64,000 nt of DNA from an uncultured Gemmatimonadaceae bacterium (GCA_963740355.1 CAVUDW010000003.1:1120001-1184000); one strand, 5' to 3'. Positions 21,793 to 32,342 are shown, numbered from the stretch's first letter. Numbers and translations: made by a program. The notes: generated from the sequence alone by a model not told the origin.

Positions 21793-23261
21793 GGCACCCT
21801 CACGACCAGCGCCTTGCCGGCGAACTGCGCCGGGTTGACGTTGCGAGTGCGCACAACCTTCCGCTTGCCACGTGATGGCCAGGTGACTTCGACATCGACA
21901 CGCTGCATCGACGTGAGTCCGAAGTGCACGGGCATGTCGCTTTGCGCGTTGTAGCCTGACCCGGTGTCGACGAGCTGGGTGCCGAGGATGCGCCGCGAGT
22001 TGGGTGCATAGATCCGGACTTCGGCACCGGCACGGGTGGCATGTCCCTTCCCGTCCAGCACGCGCACCATCAACGAGCGATGCGCCGCGGCGGAATCAAG
22101 GTCGTTGCGCAGCACGAAGTGCATGCCGCTGGCCTGGGCGCCGGTGAGTGCGAGATCGAGGTCACCATCCCCGTCGACATCGAACCAGAGCACACCGTGA
22201 TCGGCCTCCAGCGCGCGCAGGCTGTCAGGGGTCACGTCGGCGTACTTGCCGCCAGCGTTGTGGAAGAGGACATCGGGATAACTCTTGCCGCCGGTGACAG
22301 TACCGTTGACGTAGAGGTCGAGCGCACCATCGTGATCGAAGTCAGCGAAGGCGCATGCATCGTAGCGGCCGTCGGCATTGATGCCCCACGCGGCCGAGAC
22401 GTCGCTGAACATACCATCGCGCTTGAGGAACAGGCCGTTGGGTCCGTAGTTCGCGAAGAAGAGGTCGAGGTGCCCGTCGCCATCGGCATCCGCCGCACAC
22501 GGTCGCACGCTGCCATTGCTGGCGAGTTTCGGCGCACGCCCGCCCCAATCGACACCCATGGAGTCAGCCTTGTCGGTGAAGCGAGCGCCATCATTGCGGA
22601 AGAGCGCATTGGCGTCGCCATCCTGGTTGGCGACGAGGTAGTCGAGGTCACCATCCTCATCGGCGTCGACCCAGAGCGCGCCGACACTCTTGCGCGGATC
22701 GGCCAGGCCGACACTGTCGGCCATCTCGTGGAACACGGCCTTGGTGTTGCGGAACAGGAGGTTCGCCTTGTCGCGAAAGGCGACGGACAGATCGAGGTCA
22801 CCGTCACCGTCGAAATCGATGAAGCTGAACTGCCGCACACCACCGGTGGCGACGGTCACGCCGGCCGCGGCAGTGACGTCGACGAACCGACCGCCATCAT
22901 TCCGGAACAGCTGCAGCACGGACGTCGTCCCGGGCGCGTAGCCAACGAGCAGGTCGGGATCCCCGTCGTTGTCGTAGTCGGCCCACGCGGCCGATCGCAC
23001 GCCCCGTGCGACGTTGACGCCGGCTGCGGCGCCGACATCCACCAACGTTCCGCCGTCGTTGCGATAGAGGCGATTGGGCGTGCCACCAAAGCCGACAAAA
23101 AGATCCAGATCTCCATCGCCGTCATAATCGGCGGCGACGTTGGTGAAGCTCAGGCCAAGGCCGAGCACCTCGCGCTGGAGCACGGTGAAGTGCGGTGGTG
23201 CCGTGTCGAGCGCGATCGGCAGCAGGAACAACGGGGCGAGCAGTGCAGTGCGCATCGACAT
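21789..23261 (-). CDS. CRTAC1-like FG-GAP/VCBS repeat protein with ASPIC/UnbV C-terminus
   Basis: Multiple DxDGDGDLDL repeats; C-terminal GSGYNAQS..VHFGL..VTWPS. Confidence 0.9.
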   Translation of the reverse strand: MSMRTALLAPLFLLPIALDTAPPHFTVLQREVLGLGLSFTNVAADYDGDGDLDLFVGFGGTPNRLYRNDGGTLVDVGAAAGVNVARGVRSAAWADYDNDGDPDLLVGYAPGTTSVLQLFRNDGGRFVDVTAAAGVTVATGGVRQFSFIDFDGDGDLDLSVAFRDKANLLFRNTKAVFHEMADSVGLADPRKSVGALWVDADEDGDLDYLVANQDGDANALFRNDGARFTDKADSMGVDWGGRAPKLASNGSVRPCAADADGDGHLDLFFANYGPNGLFLKRDGMFSDVSAAWGINADGRYDACAFADFDHDGALDLYVNGTVTGGKSYPDVLFHNAGGKYADVTPDSLRALEADHGVLWFDVDGDGDLDLALTGAQASGMHFVLRNDLDSAAAHRSLMVRVLDGKGHATRAGAEVRIYAPNSRRILGTQLVDTGSGYNAQSDMPVHFGLTSMQRVDVEVTWPSRGKRKVVRTRNVNPAQFAGKALVVRVP

Positions 23262-23379
23262 CTTTCGAGTGGTTCGAGGAACAAAACAGCGAATCGCAGA
23301 GAACTGCTCGCGCGTGCGCACCGCACCGACGGTCAACACATTCTTGCTCGTGCGTGCCGAACCAACGGTCCACACTCCC

Positions 23380-23532
23380 TCACGCGGAGCCGCGGGGGAC
23401 GCGGAGCCGCGGAGAACTGCTTAACAGCAAGGGAACTGCAAACTGCGGGGAACGGCAAACTGCAAGGATTTGAATTCCTGCTTTGGCTGTTGCTGTCCTC
23501 CGCGGCTCCGCGTTCCCCGCGGCTCCGCGTGA
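23380..23532. repeat. REP/MITE-like palindrome with 38-bp arms
   Basis: 23380..23417 tcacgcggagccgcgggggacgcggagccgcggagaac matches the reverse complement of 23495..23532 with 2 mismatches; AT-richer core with aactgc repeats. Confidence 0.85.
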
Positions 23533-23599
23533 TTCGTGTGGACAGTCCGTGCGTTGCCCCGGTCGCCACTGACGGCGGGAGCGCTGCACCGGGTCGACA

Positions 23600-24910
23600 T
23601 CACTTCATTGTGGCTGAAGAAGACGCGGCGACTTTTTCGACGGCTTCCATGACGCGGAGGAGGTTGCCGCCCCAGATCTTGCCGATCTGCTCCTCGGTGT
23701 AGCCGCGGCGCACGAGTTCGAGCGTGACGTTGAACGTTTCGCCGGCGTTGCGCCAGCCGTCTACACCGCCGCCGCCATCGAAGTCGGACGAGATGCCGAC
23801 ATGGTCGATGCCGATCATCTTCACCACGTAATCGATATGGTTGACGTAGTCGGCGACGTTGGCCGGCGTGTCGCCGAGGGTGCGGCGGGAGATGATCTCT
23901 TCCTGCTTGGCCAGGTAGGCGTTCTTGCGTTCCGTTGGCAGGGCGTCGATCTGGGCGCGGGCTTCGGCCTGCGCGGTGGCCGTGATACCGAACTCCTTCC
24001 GCAGGGCCGCGATCGCGTCGGCGCGGATCTGGTTGCGTTCGGCATCCTTGACCGGATCACACTTCACATAGCTGTTGAATGCGACCAGCTGGATAACGCC
24101 ACCGTTCTTGCCCATCGCGCGGATCTGCTCGTCATCGAGGTTGCGGCTATGATTGCAGATCGCGCGTACACCAGAGTGCGAGGCGATGATCGGCGCCTTC
24201 GACAGCTCGATCGTCTGCATCATCGAGGCCTTCGACGGGTGCGAAATGTCGATCATGATGCCGAGTCGATTCAATTCGCCCACCACCTGCTTGCCGAGCG
24301 GCGACAGTCCGTTCCATCGCCAGACACCATCCCGCTCACCGGTGTTCGAGTCGGAGAGCTGGCTATGTCCGTTGTGCGCAAGCGACATGTAACGTCCGCC
24401 CATTTCGTAGAACTTTCGCACGTTGGTGACGTCGGCACCGATCGGGAAACCATTCTCGATGCCGATGAAGATCACCTTGCGGCCGCTGGCGTAGATCGCC
24501 CGCGCTTCGGCCGCGGTGGTGGCGAGGCCGACACGCTGCGGAGCGATCTGCTCGGCGAGGCGATGAATGGCGGCGAACTTCTCGACCGCCTGTGCGTTGG
24601 CGCGCGCGAAGGCGGCGCTATCGAGTTCCGGCGTCTGACCGACGTAGACGACGAGGAAGGCGCCGTCGAGGCCCCCTTCTTCCATCTTCGTGATGTCGAC
24701 CTGCGTGCGCGGCAGCTTGGTGGCGTAGTTGACCGTATCGCTGCGGAAGTTGGCCGGGTTGATGTCGACGTGGGTGTCGATCGTGAGCACCCGCTCGTGG
24801 ATCCCGCGGGCCCGGGCGATCATCGCCTCGTCCGGCTGTTTCATGGTGGCTGCGGCGTGGGCGCAGCCAGTGAGCAGGAGCAGCAGGGAGAGCGACACGC
24901 GCGAGGTCAT
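23600..24910 (-). CDS. Membrane dipeptidase (peptidase M19), lipoprotein
   Basis: Lipobox LLTGC; IDTHVD, GIENG, DISH, ASHSG, RNLDD, HVGISSDFDGGG. Confidence 0.92.
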   Translation of the reverse strand: MTSRVSLSLLLLLTGCAHAAATMKQPDEAMIARARGIHERVLTIDTHVDINPANFRSDTVNYATKLPRTQVDITKMEEGGLDGAFLVVYVGQTPELDSAAFARANAQAVEKFAAIHRLAEQIAPQRVGLATTAAEARAIYASGRKVIFIGIENGFPIGADVTNVRKFYEMGGRYMSLAHNGHSQLSDSNTGERDGVWRWNGLSPLGKQVVGELNRLGIMIDISHPSKASMMQTIELSKAPIIASHSGVRAICNHSRNLDDEQIRAMGKNGGVIQLVAFNSYVKCDPVKDAERNQIRADAIAALRKEFGITATAQAEARAQIDALPTERKNAYLAKQEEIISRRTLGDTPANVADYVNHIDYVVKMIGIDHVGISSDFDGGGGVDGWRNAGETFNVTLELVRRGYTEEQIGKIWGGNLLRVMEAVEKVAASSSATMK

Positions 24911-25007
24911 GGCAGGCCCGATCCGGGGTTCGAGAGGGAGGATGCAGCGGTGAATCTGCACCATCTGCGCGCCGGGGGCAGGAAGTGTTGACCTTACGCG
25001 CACTCCG

Positions 25008-25676
25008 TCAGGCCGGCCGCAGCAGCACCCGGCAGGGAACGCCGTCCGCGTCGGCCAGCCGCACGGGGAGACAGACCATCTCGTACTGGCCAGCCGGGAT
25101 CTCGGCCAGGTAGAGGCCCTCGATGATCCAGATACCGGCGCCCAGCAGGTGGTGATGCACCGCGACACCGTTGTCGAGGTTGCCCACCGACAGGTAATCG
25201 ATGCCAACCGCGCGGATGCCGCGGGCGGCGAGGAGGGCCGCCGCATCGGGAGTGAAGCACGCAAAGCCGGCGTCGAACGGACGGCTGAACCAGGGCACAC
25301 TGGAGTTGCGAGTGCGGAACAGCACCCGCTCGCCCGACAGCAGGTCGAGCGGTTCGAGGGCGCTGGCCTCGATCATCGCGTCCTGCCTCAGATCGACGAC
25401 ACGTGCGAGGCCGACCGTGTCGCCCGGAGTCCAGTCGCTCATGGTGCGACCGTCGCGAATGAAATGGCGCATCGAATCCATGTGTGTGCCGGTGTGCGCC
25501 GACAGCGACAGTTTCGACGCCTGCACCTCGTCGCCCGCCTCATAGCTCAAGAAGTGCGCGACCTCCAACGTGGGATCGTCGGGCCAGGTCGGGAGCGCCG
25601 CACCGAGCGGCACCGAGACATCGCGCCAGTGAAGACTGAGAGGATCGAGAGACATGCGTGGTATAGGAATCTCCAT
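25008..25676 (-). CDS. Cyclase family protein (kynurenine formamidase-like)
   Basis: HTGTHMD, VGIDYLSV, IIEGL, DGVPCR. Confidence 0.9.
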   Translation of the reverse strand: MEIPIPRMSLDPLSLHWRDVSVPLGAALPTWPDDPTLEVAHFLSYEAGDEVQASKLSLSAHTGTHMDSMRHFIRDGRTMSDWTPGDTVGLARVVDLRQDAMIEASALEPLDLLSGERVLFRTRNSSVPWFSRPFDAGFACFTPDAAALLAARGIRAVGIDYLSVGNLDNGVAVHHHLLGAGIWIIEGLYLAEIPAGQYEMVCLPVRLADADGVPCRVLLRPA

Positions 25677-25733
25677 GCTGCCTCAACGCAAGCGGGCGAA
25701 CGCGCACCACTCACGACCCGCGCCGAGCGGCTC

Positions 25734-26312
25734 TCACACCTTGGTGTCGTTCCCGTCGCTCAATGCCCGCCTCAGGAAGGCGCGGGCAACCGCCCAGTCG
25801 CGTTTCACCGTGGCTACCGACACATCCAGCGTCTCGGCCGTCTCCTCCACCGAGAGACCTCCGAAATACCGTAGCTCCACCACGCGCGCCTGGCGCGGGT
25901 CGAGCTGTGCGAGCCGATCGAGCGCGTCATTGAGATCGAGAATGTCGACGGCGCTTGCACTGTCGCCACCAATGTTCGCCGTCAACGCAACCCGCTCACC
26001 ACCGTCCCGCTTCAGCTGGTGACGTGCCCGCGCATGATCCACCAGCAAGCGACGCATGGCCTGCGACGCGATCCCGAAGAAGTGATGGCGATTCTGCCAG
26101 GCGACACGCTGCTGTCCCACGAGTCGCGAAAAGGCTTCGTGCACCAGCTCCGTTGGCTGCCAGGTGTGCCCCTCGTCCTCGCGACGCATCGCGGCGACGG
26201 CGATCACGTGCAGTTCTTCATAAACGAGCGTCGCCAGTCGGTTGGCGGCATCGGTGCCACCGGACGACAGCTCACCCAGCAGGCGCGTCACCTCATTCGC
26301 TTCATCCGGCAT
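25734..26312 (-). CDS. ECF sigma factor, kinase-associated type (TIGR02999/EcfK-like)
   Basis: VYEELH..A, HTWQPTELVHEAF, WQNRHHFF..MRRLLVDHAR, VELRYFGGLS..TVKRDW..ARAFL. Confidence 0.9.
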   Translation of the reverse strand: MPDEANEVTRLLGELSSGGTDAANRLATLVYEELHVIAVAAMRREDEGHTWQPTELVHEAFSRLVGQQRVAWQNRHHFFGIASQAMRRLLVDHARARHQLKRDGGERVALTANIGGDSASAVDILDLNDALDRLAQLDPRQARVVELRYFGGLSVEETAETLDVSVATVKRDWAVARAFLRRALSDGNDTKV

Positions 26313-26472
26313 TGCGTCGCCGGTCGCGACGGGATCACTGCGCATGCGCCTCTCGGTGACTGTGTGAATGCGGTCCGGCAGAGTCTGGCAGCGTGGTGCC
26401 GGAAGCGCAATATTCCAGCCCAGTTGCGGCCATCCCGACTGCCATCGACCACCCACTGCCTTCCTGACGACC

Positions 26473-28941
26473 ATGGACCTCAGTCCGGAACAGTGGGAGC
26501 GGATCACGCTCGCGTTCGACGCGGTGCGAAGCGCGGCACCGGAGGAGCGCTCGGCGCACCTCGATCGGTTGCTGGGCGACGCACCGCTGCTGCGAGCGGA
26601 AGTCGAGAGCCTGCTCGCGGCCGACGACGACACAGAATTTCTCGAGCCCTCGGGAGGCGGTGCCTTTGGACGTCTGGTGCCTCCGGCATCGCGCCTGCTC
26701 GGGCGAACGGTCGGCGCGTATCGGGTCGAGCGCGAGATCGGGCGAGGGGGCATGGGCGTCGTGTACGAGGGACATCACCTCGATGCCCAGCTGAACAAGC
26801 GCGTGGCCATCAAGACCCTCCCGATCGGCGTCGATCGTCCTGAAATGCTCTGGCGCTTCAGGCGCGAGCGGCAGATCCTCGCGCGGCTGGACCATCCGAA
26901 CATCGCCGCGCTCTACGATGGCGGCACGACCGAGGATGGTATCCCGTATCTCGTGATGGAGTACGTGGCGGGCCAGCGGATCGACAGTTGGTGCGAGCAG
27001 AAGCAGCTCACGATCGCTCAGCGTCTCGACCTCTTTCGGCAAGCCTGCGCTGCGGTGCAATTCGCGCACACGAAACTCATCGTGCATCGCGACCTGAAGC
27101 CGGGCAACATCCTGGTGACGGACGACGGCGTGGTGAAGCTGCTGGATTTTGGCGTGGCGAAGCTGCTCGAGAGCGAGCCATCCGACAGCGATCTCACCAT
27201 TGGTGGTGCGGCACCGCTGACGACGGCGTACGCCAGTCCGGAGCAGTTGCATGGTGACGAGGCCACGACCAGTTCGGACATCTACTCGCTCGGCCTGGTT
27301 CTCTATCGGTTGCTGACTGGCGTGCTCCCATTCGACGTGGAGGGCCGCTCGCCTTCGCAGCGCCGCGACATCGCGACGAGCAGTGCGGTGCCAGCGCCCA
27401 GCGTGCGGATGCAGGAGGCGGGGGCCAGCGCACCACTCGGCAGTCGGGGCCACGTGAATTCGGAGCTGGATGCGATCGTGCTGATGGCGCTGCGTGTCGA
27501 TCCCGCGCGTCGCTACGCCACCGTCGAGGCCTTCAGCGATGACATTCATCGGTTTCTGCGCGGGCAGACCGTCCGCGCTCGACCGGACACTCTCGGCTAT
27601 CGTGTCCGCAGCTTCGTGCGTCGGCAGCGCGCCCTCGTGACGGCCATATCCGTTGCCGTGGTGGCGCTGGCCGGTGTCACCGTGGTCGCCGTTCTGGCGG
27701 CCCGCACCGCCCGCGAGGAAGCGGCGCGGACGATGCGGGTAGCGCTCGTCTTGCAGGAACTCATCGGGGCTGGGGCATCGGATCGTTACCGCTCCGTGCC
27801 AACACTGCTGACCGTGCTCGATTCTGCCAGAGCTGCGGTGGCGGTGCAATTCGCCAATGATCCGCGAGCACGCGCGGATCTCTACGATGTGTTCGGCGCG
27901 AGCTACTTCAACTTCGAGCGGCCCGATCTTGCGTTGCTGATGCTGGATTCCGCTCGAGCCTTGCACGCACAGACACGTGGCGAAGCGTCACTCGAAGTGG
28001 CACGCGACCTAGCCGCGTCGGCAAATTCGATCATCGCGCTCGGCCAGACGGACAGTGCGTTCGCCCGTCAGCGACGTGCGATCACCCTCATGCAACAGTT
28101 TCGCCCACTGCCAGAGCACGACCTCAATGAAGCGGAGATCGAGCTGAGCTTCAACGAGATCGGCCTGCTGCAATCGGTTGAGGCACTGCCGCGGATGGCG
28201 AAGGCGCTGGATCGTGAGCGTGCGGCCCCCGCGCCTCGGTGGGGGCTGATCGCCATGGGCGAGGCAGTCACGATCCTTCCGTATCTGTACCAGAAGCATC
28301 CGGAGCTGGCTGACGCGGCGTTCGCACGCTCCGAGTCGGCACTCCGACGCGACACGACGCAATCGCAGCAGTATCGCACCGCGCTCGCGTTCCAGGGGCA
28401 ATCGCTCCTCGTGCGCGGGCGCCCCGCCGAGGCGGAGCCGCGAGTGCGCGAGTTGCTCACGATCACCGCGAACCGCCTCGGTGAAAGTCACTACCTCACC
28501 GCGCAGGCACAGAACCTGCTCGCCCGGGTGATGATGGAGCTGGGACGTTATCGCGAAGGGCGCGCCCTGATCGACTCGGCGATCGCGAACAACGAAGCCG
28601 CGCAGGCCCGCGACCCGCTCTACCTCGGCGAGATGTACATCACCCGAACCGGCTTCGAAGTGAAGCTGCATGATTGGGCCGCCGCAGAGCGAAGCCTGGC
28701 GCGCGCAGCACTCCAACGCGACCGCCTGGGTGTACAACGCCCGATTCTCGATGTCAGCATTCTCTACACAACCGCAGCGCTGTACGAAGAGCAGGGACGG
28801 GTTGCACAGGCGCGTGCGTCATTTGCTGGCGCTGTCTCGCTCGCCCGCGAAAAGCTGCAGGCGGGCGCCAAGAACAGCGGGATCGCCGAGGCGAAGCTGG
28901 TGGCATTCGAGGCGCGGCACCCGACGCTGGCGAGCCACTAA
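26473..28941 (+). CDS. Transmembrane Ser/Thr protein kinase with TPR-like C-terminus
   Basis: IGRGGMGVVY, VAIK, HRDLKPGN, DFG, YASPEQ, DIYSLG; TM helix; helical repeats. Confidence 0.93.
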   Translation: MDLSPEQWERITLAFDAVRSAAPEERSAHLDRLLGDAPLLRAEVESLLAADDDTEFLEPSGGGAFGRLVPPASRLLGRTVGAYRVEREIGRGGMGVVYEGHHLDAQLNKRVAIKTLPIGVDRPEMLWRFRRERQILARLDHPNIAALYDGGTTEDGIPYLVMEYVAGQRIDSWCEQKQLTIAQRLDLFRQACAAVQFAHTKLIVHRDLKPGNILVTDDGVVKLLDFGVAKLLESEPSDSDLTIGGAAPLTTAYASPEQLHGDEATTSSDIYSLGLVLYRLLTGVLPFDVEGRSPSQRRDIATSSAVPAPSVRMQEAGASAPLGSRGHVNSELDAIVLMALRVDPARRYATVEAFSDDIHRFLRGQTVRARPDTLGYRVRSFVRRQRALVTAISVAVVALAGVTVVAVLAARTAREEAARTMRVALVLQELIGAGASDRYRSVPTLLTVLDSARAAVAVQFANDPRARADLYDVFGASYFNFERPDLALLMLDSARALHAQTRGEASLEVARDLAASANSIIALGQTDSAFARQRRAITLMQQFRPLPEHDLNEAEIELSFNEIGLLQSVEALPRMAKALDRERAAPAPRWGLIAMGEAVTILPYLYQKHPELADAAFARSESALRRDTTQSQQYRTALAFQGQSLLVRGRPAEAEPRVRELLTITANRLGESHYLTAQAQNLLARVMMELGRYREGRALIDSAIANNEAAQARDPLYLGEMYITRTGFEVKLHDWAAAERSLARAALQRDRLGVQRPILDVSILYTTAALYEEQGRVAQARASFAGAVSLAREKLQAGAKNSGIAEAKLVAFEARHPTLASH

Positions 28942-29033
28942 CTTCCAGCGGAGAGCTCGCGGGACGGGCGTCGTACCGCCGCGGTATCTCCAGGGCGATA
29001 CCGTCCTCGACACTTTCATTCGCAGACTGGCCA

Positions 29034-29783
29034 ATGCCCCGCACCCTTGAAGTTCCGCTCGACTCGATCGACTCCGCCAGGATGGCAGCGCAGTACGCCG
29101 ACCGTCTTGAACTTTGCGACGACCTGTCGAGCGAGGGCTGGACCCCGACCACGGCGCTGATTCGGGCCGCCAAGGAGTTGGTCGACCCGTCGCGGACGAA
29201 GATCGTGAGCATGATCCGCCCACGCAGCGCGAACAAGAGCACGAAATTGGACGTCGCCGCGTTCACTACGACGCAGCAGATCCTGGAAGATTCCTTGTTC
29301 GAGATCGAAGCGAGCGCCAAGGCGGGTGCCGATTCGGTGGCGATCGGGCTACTGACGGCTGACGGCTTCGTGGATGTCGAGGCGTGCGAGCGGATGCGCG
29401 ATGTGGCGCTCGAGCACGGGATGATCGTGGCGTTCCTGCGGAACTTCGACTTGCTCACCGACCGAAAGCGCGGCATGGAGGACATTGCGTCGCTGGGGAT
29501 GGTGCGCGTGATCAGCGCCGGTGTGCTGGGATGGGATGCGTCGGTGCTGCCGCTCGAGAAGCGCCTCGCCGTGCTGGCTGAGGATGTGCGCAACGCCGAG
29601 GCGGCCGCGCTGAAGTTCGGCGGGACCCCGGTCGAAGTGGTGCCATGTGGTGGTGTACGCTCGGCGAATGCCCGCGAGTTTCTCACCGTGTCGCCGCACC
29701 TGCATGCGTCCTGCCGGCGGGATGGCGCGATGTCAGTCGAGGAGCTGCAGACGTTGCACGACATCCTGGTCGCGGAGGACTGA
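29034..29783 (+). CDS. CutC-family (copper homeostasis) protein, divergent
   Basis: ADRLELC...GWTP, SMIRPR, GADSVAIGLLT.DG.VD, RNFD. Confidence 0.75.
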   Translation: MPRTLEVPLDSIDSARMAAQYADRLELCDDLSSEGWTPTTALIRAAKELVDPSRTKIVSMIRPRSANKSTKLDVAAFTTTQQILEDSLFEIEASAKAGADSVAIGLLTADGFVDVEACERMRDVALEHGMIVAFLRNFDLLTDRKRGMEDIASLGMVRVISAGVLGWDASVLPLEKRLAVLAEDVRNAEAAALKFGGTPVEVVPCGGVRSANAREFLTVSPHLHASCRRDGAMSVEELQTLHDILVAED

Positions 29784-29924
29784 CCTGTCCGTAGTTTTTC
29801 GGAATGCGGTCGGCGGAAGCGTGGTGAAGTTTGTTTTCGAAAAGTGTCGCCCCACGTACATCGACGTTCATGATCGCGAGCGAGGGCTGCTCGCTGCGTG
29901 TCCCACCTTATCTGGAGTTGCCCC

Positions 29925-30332
29925 ATGAAGAAGCTGTTCCTTGCTGCCGTGTTGAGCCTGTTTGCGATGACGACTGCCGCCGCGCAATCGGTGAGTGGCG
30001 AGTGGGATGCGTCGATGAACACGCCGGGCGGGCCACGGGTGTTCAAGATCGTGTTCGTGCAGGAGGGTGAGAAGCTGACCGGTACCGTCAAGCGTTCGAC
30101 TGGCGACGTCCCGCTGGAAGGGACGGTGAAGGGCGCGGAAGTGAAGTTCCGCTATATGATCAACTACAACGGCAACCAGATCGCGATGGCGATGACTGCG
30201 ACGCTGTCGGGCGCCAACGACATGAAGGGCCAGGTGGATATCGCAGGCCAGATGCAGGATGAGTTCTCGGCCAAGCGTGTGGCGGGGTCGACACCGCCGT
30301 TCACGACGCCGCCGGCTGGCGCGGGACGCTAG
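29925..30332 (+). CDS. Small secreted beta-barrel-like hypothetical protein
   Basis: Signal peptide; VSGEW..TPGG..QEGEKLTG; GGAG RBS. Confidence 0.75.
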   Translation: MKKLFLAAVLSLFAMTTAAAQSVSGEWDASMNTPGGPRVFKIVFVQEGEKLTGTVKRSTGDVPLEGTVKGAEVKFRYMINYNGNQIAMAMTATLSGANDMKGQVDIAGQMQDEFSAKRVAGSTPPFTTPPAGAGR

Positions 30333-30442
30333 CGCAGCAGTCGCAGCGAAGTACGAACCCCGCCGCAGCGGGAAACCTGTGGCGGGATCGGATCGTAGAC
30401 GGCGTTGGTGCCCTGACCTGATCCACTCCGACAATCGATCCG

Positions 30443-32194
30443 ATGGCCAATCACGCCTGCCGCTCGTTCCTGCCCCTTCTTTTTCTCGGCGCGAGCGTGG
30501 CGCTGGGCGCGCAGGTACCGGATAGTCTCGACCGCGCCATTCGTCGCGAGATGGCGCGGCGCGAAATCCCAGGGCTCTCGATCGCGGTGATCGACAGCGG
30601 ACGCATCGTCCTTGCGCGCGGGTATGGCGTGACGAAAGTTGGCGGAAGTCCGGTCACCGAACAGACGCTCTTTCAAGCCGGATCGATCAGCAAGGCGGTA
30701 ACTGCCGTGGCGACGATGCGCCTGGTCGCGCGCGGCACGTTGAAGCTGGATCGCGATGTGAACGAGCAGCTGGTGAGCTGGAAGCTGCGCGACACGGCGG
30801 TTGCGGAAGGCGAAAAGGTCACGGTGCGTCAGCTGCTGAGTCACAGCGCCGGCCTGAACGTCCATGGCTTTCCGGGATATGCGCTCACGGAACCGATGCC
30901 GACCGCAGTCCAGGTTTTGAATGGCGAGAAGCCGACAAATACACAGGCCATCCGTATCGAGCAGAAGCCTGGCTCGCAGTGGCGATACTCGGGCGGCGGA
31001 TACACGATCCTGCAGGTGCTGATGAGCGATGTCGCGCACCAGCCGTTTGCGGAACTGATGCAGGCGGAGGTGCTGACACCGGCCGGCATGACGGCGAGCA
31101 CGTACACGCAGCCACTCCCACCGACACACTCACCGAAGGCTGCAACTGGACACTACCCGGATGGCTCAGCGGTGGTCGGCGGTTGGCATTCGTATCCGGA
31201 GATGGCAGCGGCGGGGCTGTGGACGACACCAAGTGACCTGGCGCGATTTGCGATCGCGTTCCAGAATGCATACCGCCGAGAGCCGAATGGCATCGTGCCA
31301 GCGGAGATTGCCAATCAGATGCTGTCGTATCAGCGCAATGACTTTCAGGGCCTCGGTTTTGCCTTGAAGGGAAACAATCGCCGGCTCGAGTTCAGCCACA
31401 ATGGCCGTGACGAAGGGTTCGACGCGTCGCTGTCGGCGACCGCATCGTCGGGTCAGGGCGTCGCGATCATGATCAACGCCAACGAAAATTCCGGCGCCGT
31501 GGAGCGGATCCGCCAGGTGGTGGCGAAGCTGTATGGCTGGCCGAGCGAGCAACGATCGCCGGCGCCATCACGCGCCATTACTGTATCGAGCCAACAGCTG
31601 GCGAGTGTTGCCGGTCGCTATGAGATGCGCAACAACCAGATGGCGACGTTCGAGGTATCGAGTGGTGCATTGGCGCTGATGATCGACGGTCGGCCCGCCG
31701 ATGAGTTCGTGGCCGTCGGCACCGACGACTACGCTCGGACTGACGGAGTCGTCGCGCTGCACTTTCTGCGTGACGGCGGTGGTCGCGTGACCGGCTTCGA
31801 GGTGCGTGACGAAGGTGGTACGCGGCGGGTGCCACGCATCGGTCCAATCACGACCAGCATCGCCGCCGTGCCAGATCCTGATCGCCAGCGGACGTCGCGC
31901 TTCGACGCCTTCGTGCGGTCGTTGGCGGCGGGCAAGGCGGCTGACCAGGCGGCGTTGCTGGCACCCGGAGCGCTGCGACAGTTCTCGGGGAATGCGGCGC
32001 CGGAGCTGGCTGGCGTCACTGCCGTCCGGTACCTCGGCGAGGAAGATGTGAGCGGACGGGGCATCGCGCGGCATGGCGCGCCGGTCGCACGCATCGTCTA
32101 CCTGAACGCGACGGTCGGGAAGAACCCTCGCTGCATCCTGATTCATCTCACCAGCGAAGGGTTGATCACTGACTATGACGTCGTGGTTCGGTGA
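30443..32194 (+). CDS. Serine hydrolase, class C beta-lactamase/AmpC-like family, with C-terminal extension
   Basis: FQAGSISK (SxxK), LLSHSAG, YSGGGY, AAAGLWTTPSDLA, HNG. Confidence 0.9.
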   Translation: MANHACRSFLPLLFLGASVALGAQVPDSLDRAIRREMARREIPGLSIAVIDSGRIVLARGYGVTKVGGSPVTEQTLFQAGSISKAVTAVATMRLVARGTLKLDRDVNEQLVSWKLRDTAVAEGEKVTVRQLLSHSAGLNVHGFPGYALTEPMPTAVQVLNGEKPTNTQAIRIEQKPGSQWRYSGGGYTILQVLMSDVAHQPFAELMQAEVLTPAGMTASTYTQPLPPTHSPKAATGHYPDGSAVVGGWHSYPEMAAAGLWTTPSDLARFAIAFQNAYRREPNGIVPAEIANQMLSYQRNDFQGLGFALKGNNRRLEFSHNGRDEGFDASLSATASSGQGVAIMINANENSGAVERIRQVVAKLYGWPSEQRSPAPSRAITVSSQQLASVAGRYEMRNNQMATFEVSSGALALMIDGRPADEFVAVGTDDYARTDGVVALHFLRDGGGRVTGFEVRDEGGTRRVPRIGPITTSIAAVPDPDRQRTSRFDAFVRSLAAGKAADQAALLAPGALRQFSGNAAPELAGVTAVRYLGEEDVSGRGIARHGAPVARIVYLNATVGKNPRCILIHLTSEGLITDYDVVVR

Positions 32195-32342
32195 CGTCGC
32201 GATCGCGGTCTCTGCTGGATACCACTTTTGAACCGCCGATCCGCCTCCATACGCTCCACGAGGTTCGTTTTGCCAACGACTGGTGCGCGCTTCAGACTCG
32301 GCCTCGCACAGCCGTGTCGCTGCCTCTAGCAAAATGCCTAGA

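Noticed and set aside
26366..29811. Shared 10-mer gaatgcggtc at 26366 and 29802, each followed by agcgtggtg
   Set aside because: Spacing between the two blocks differs and there are only two instances, so chance cannot be excluded.
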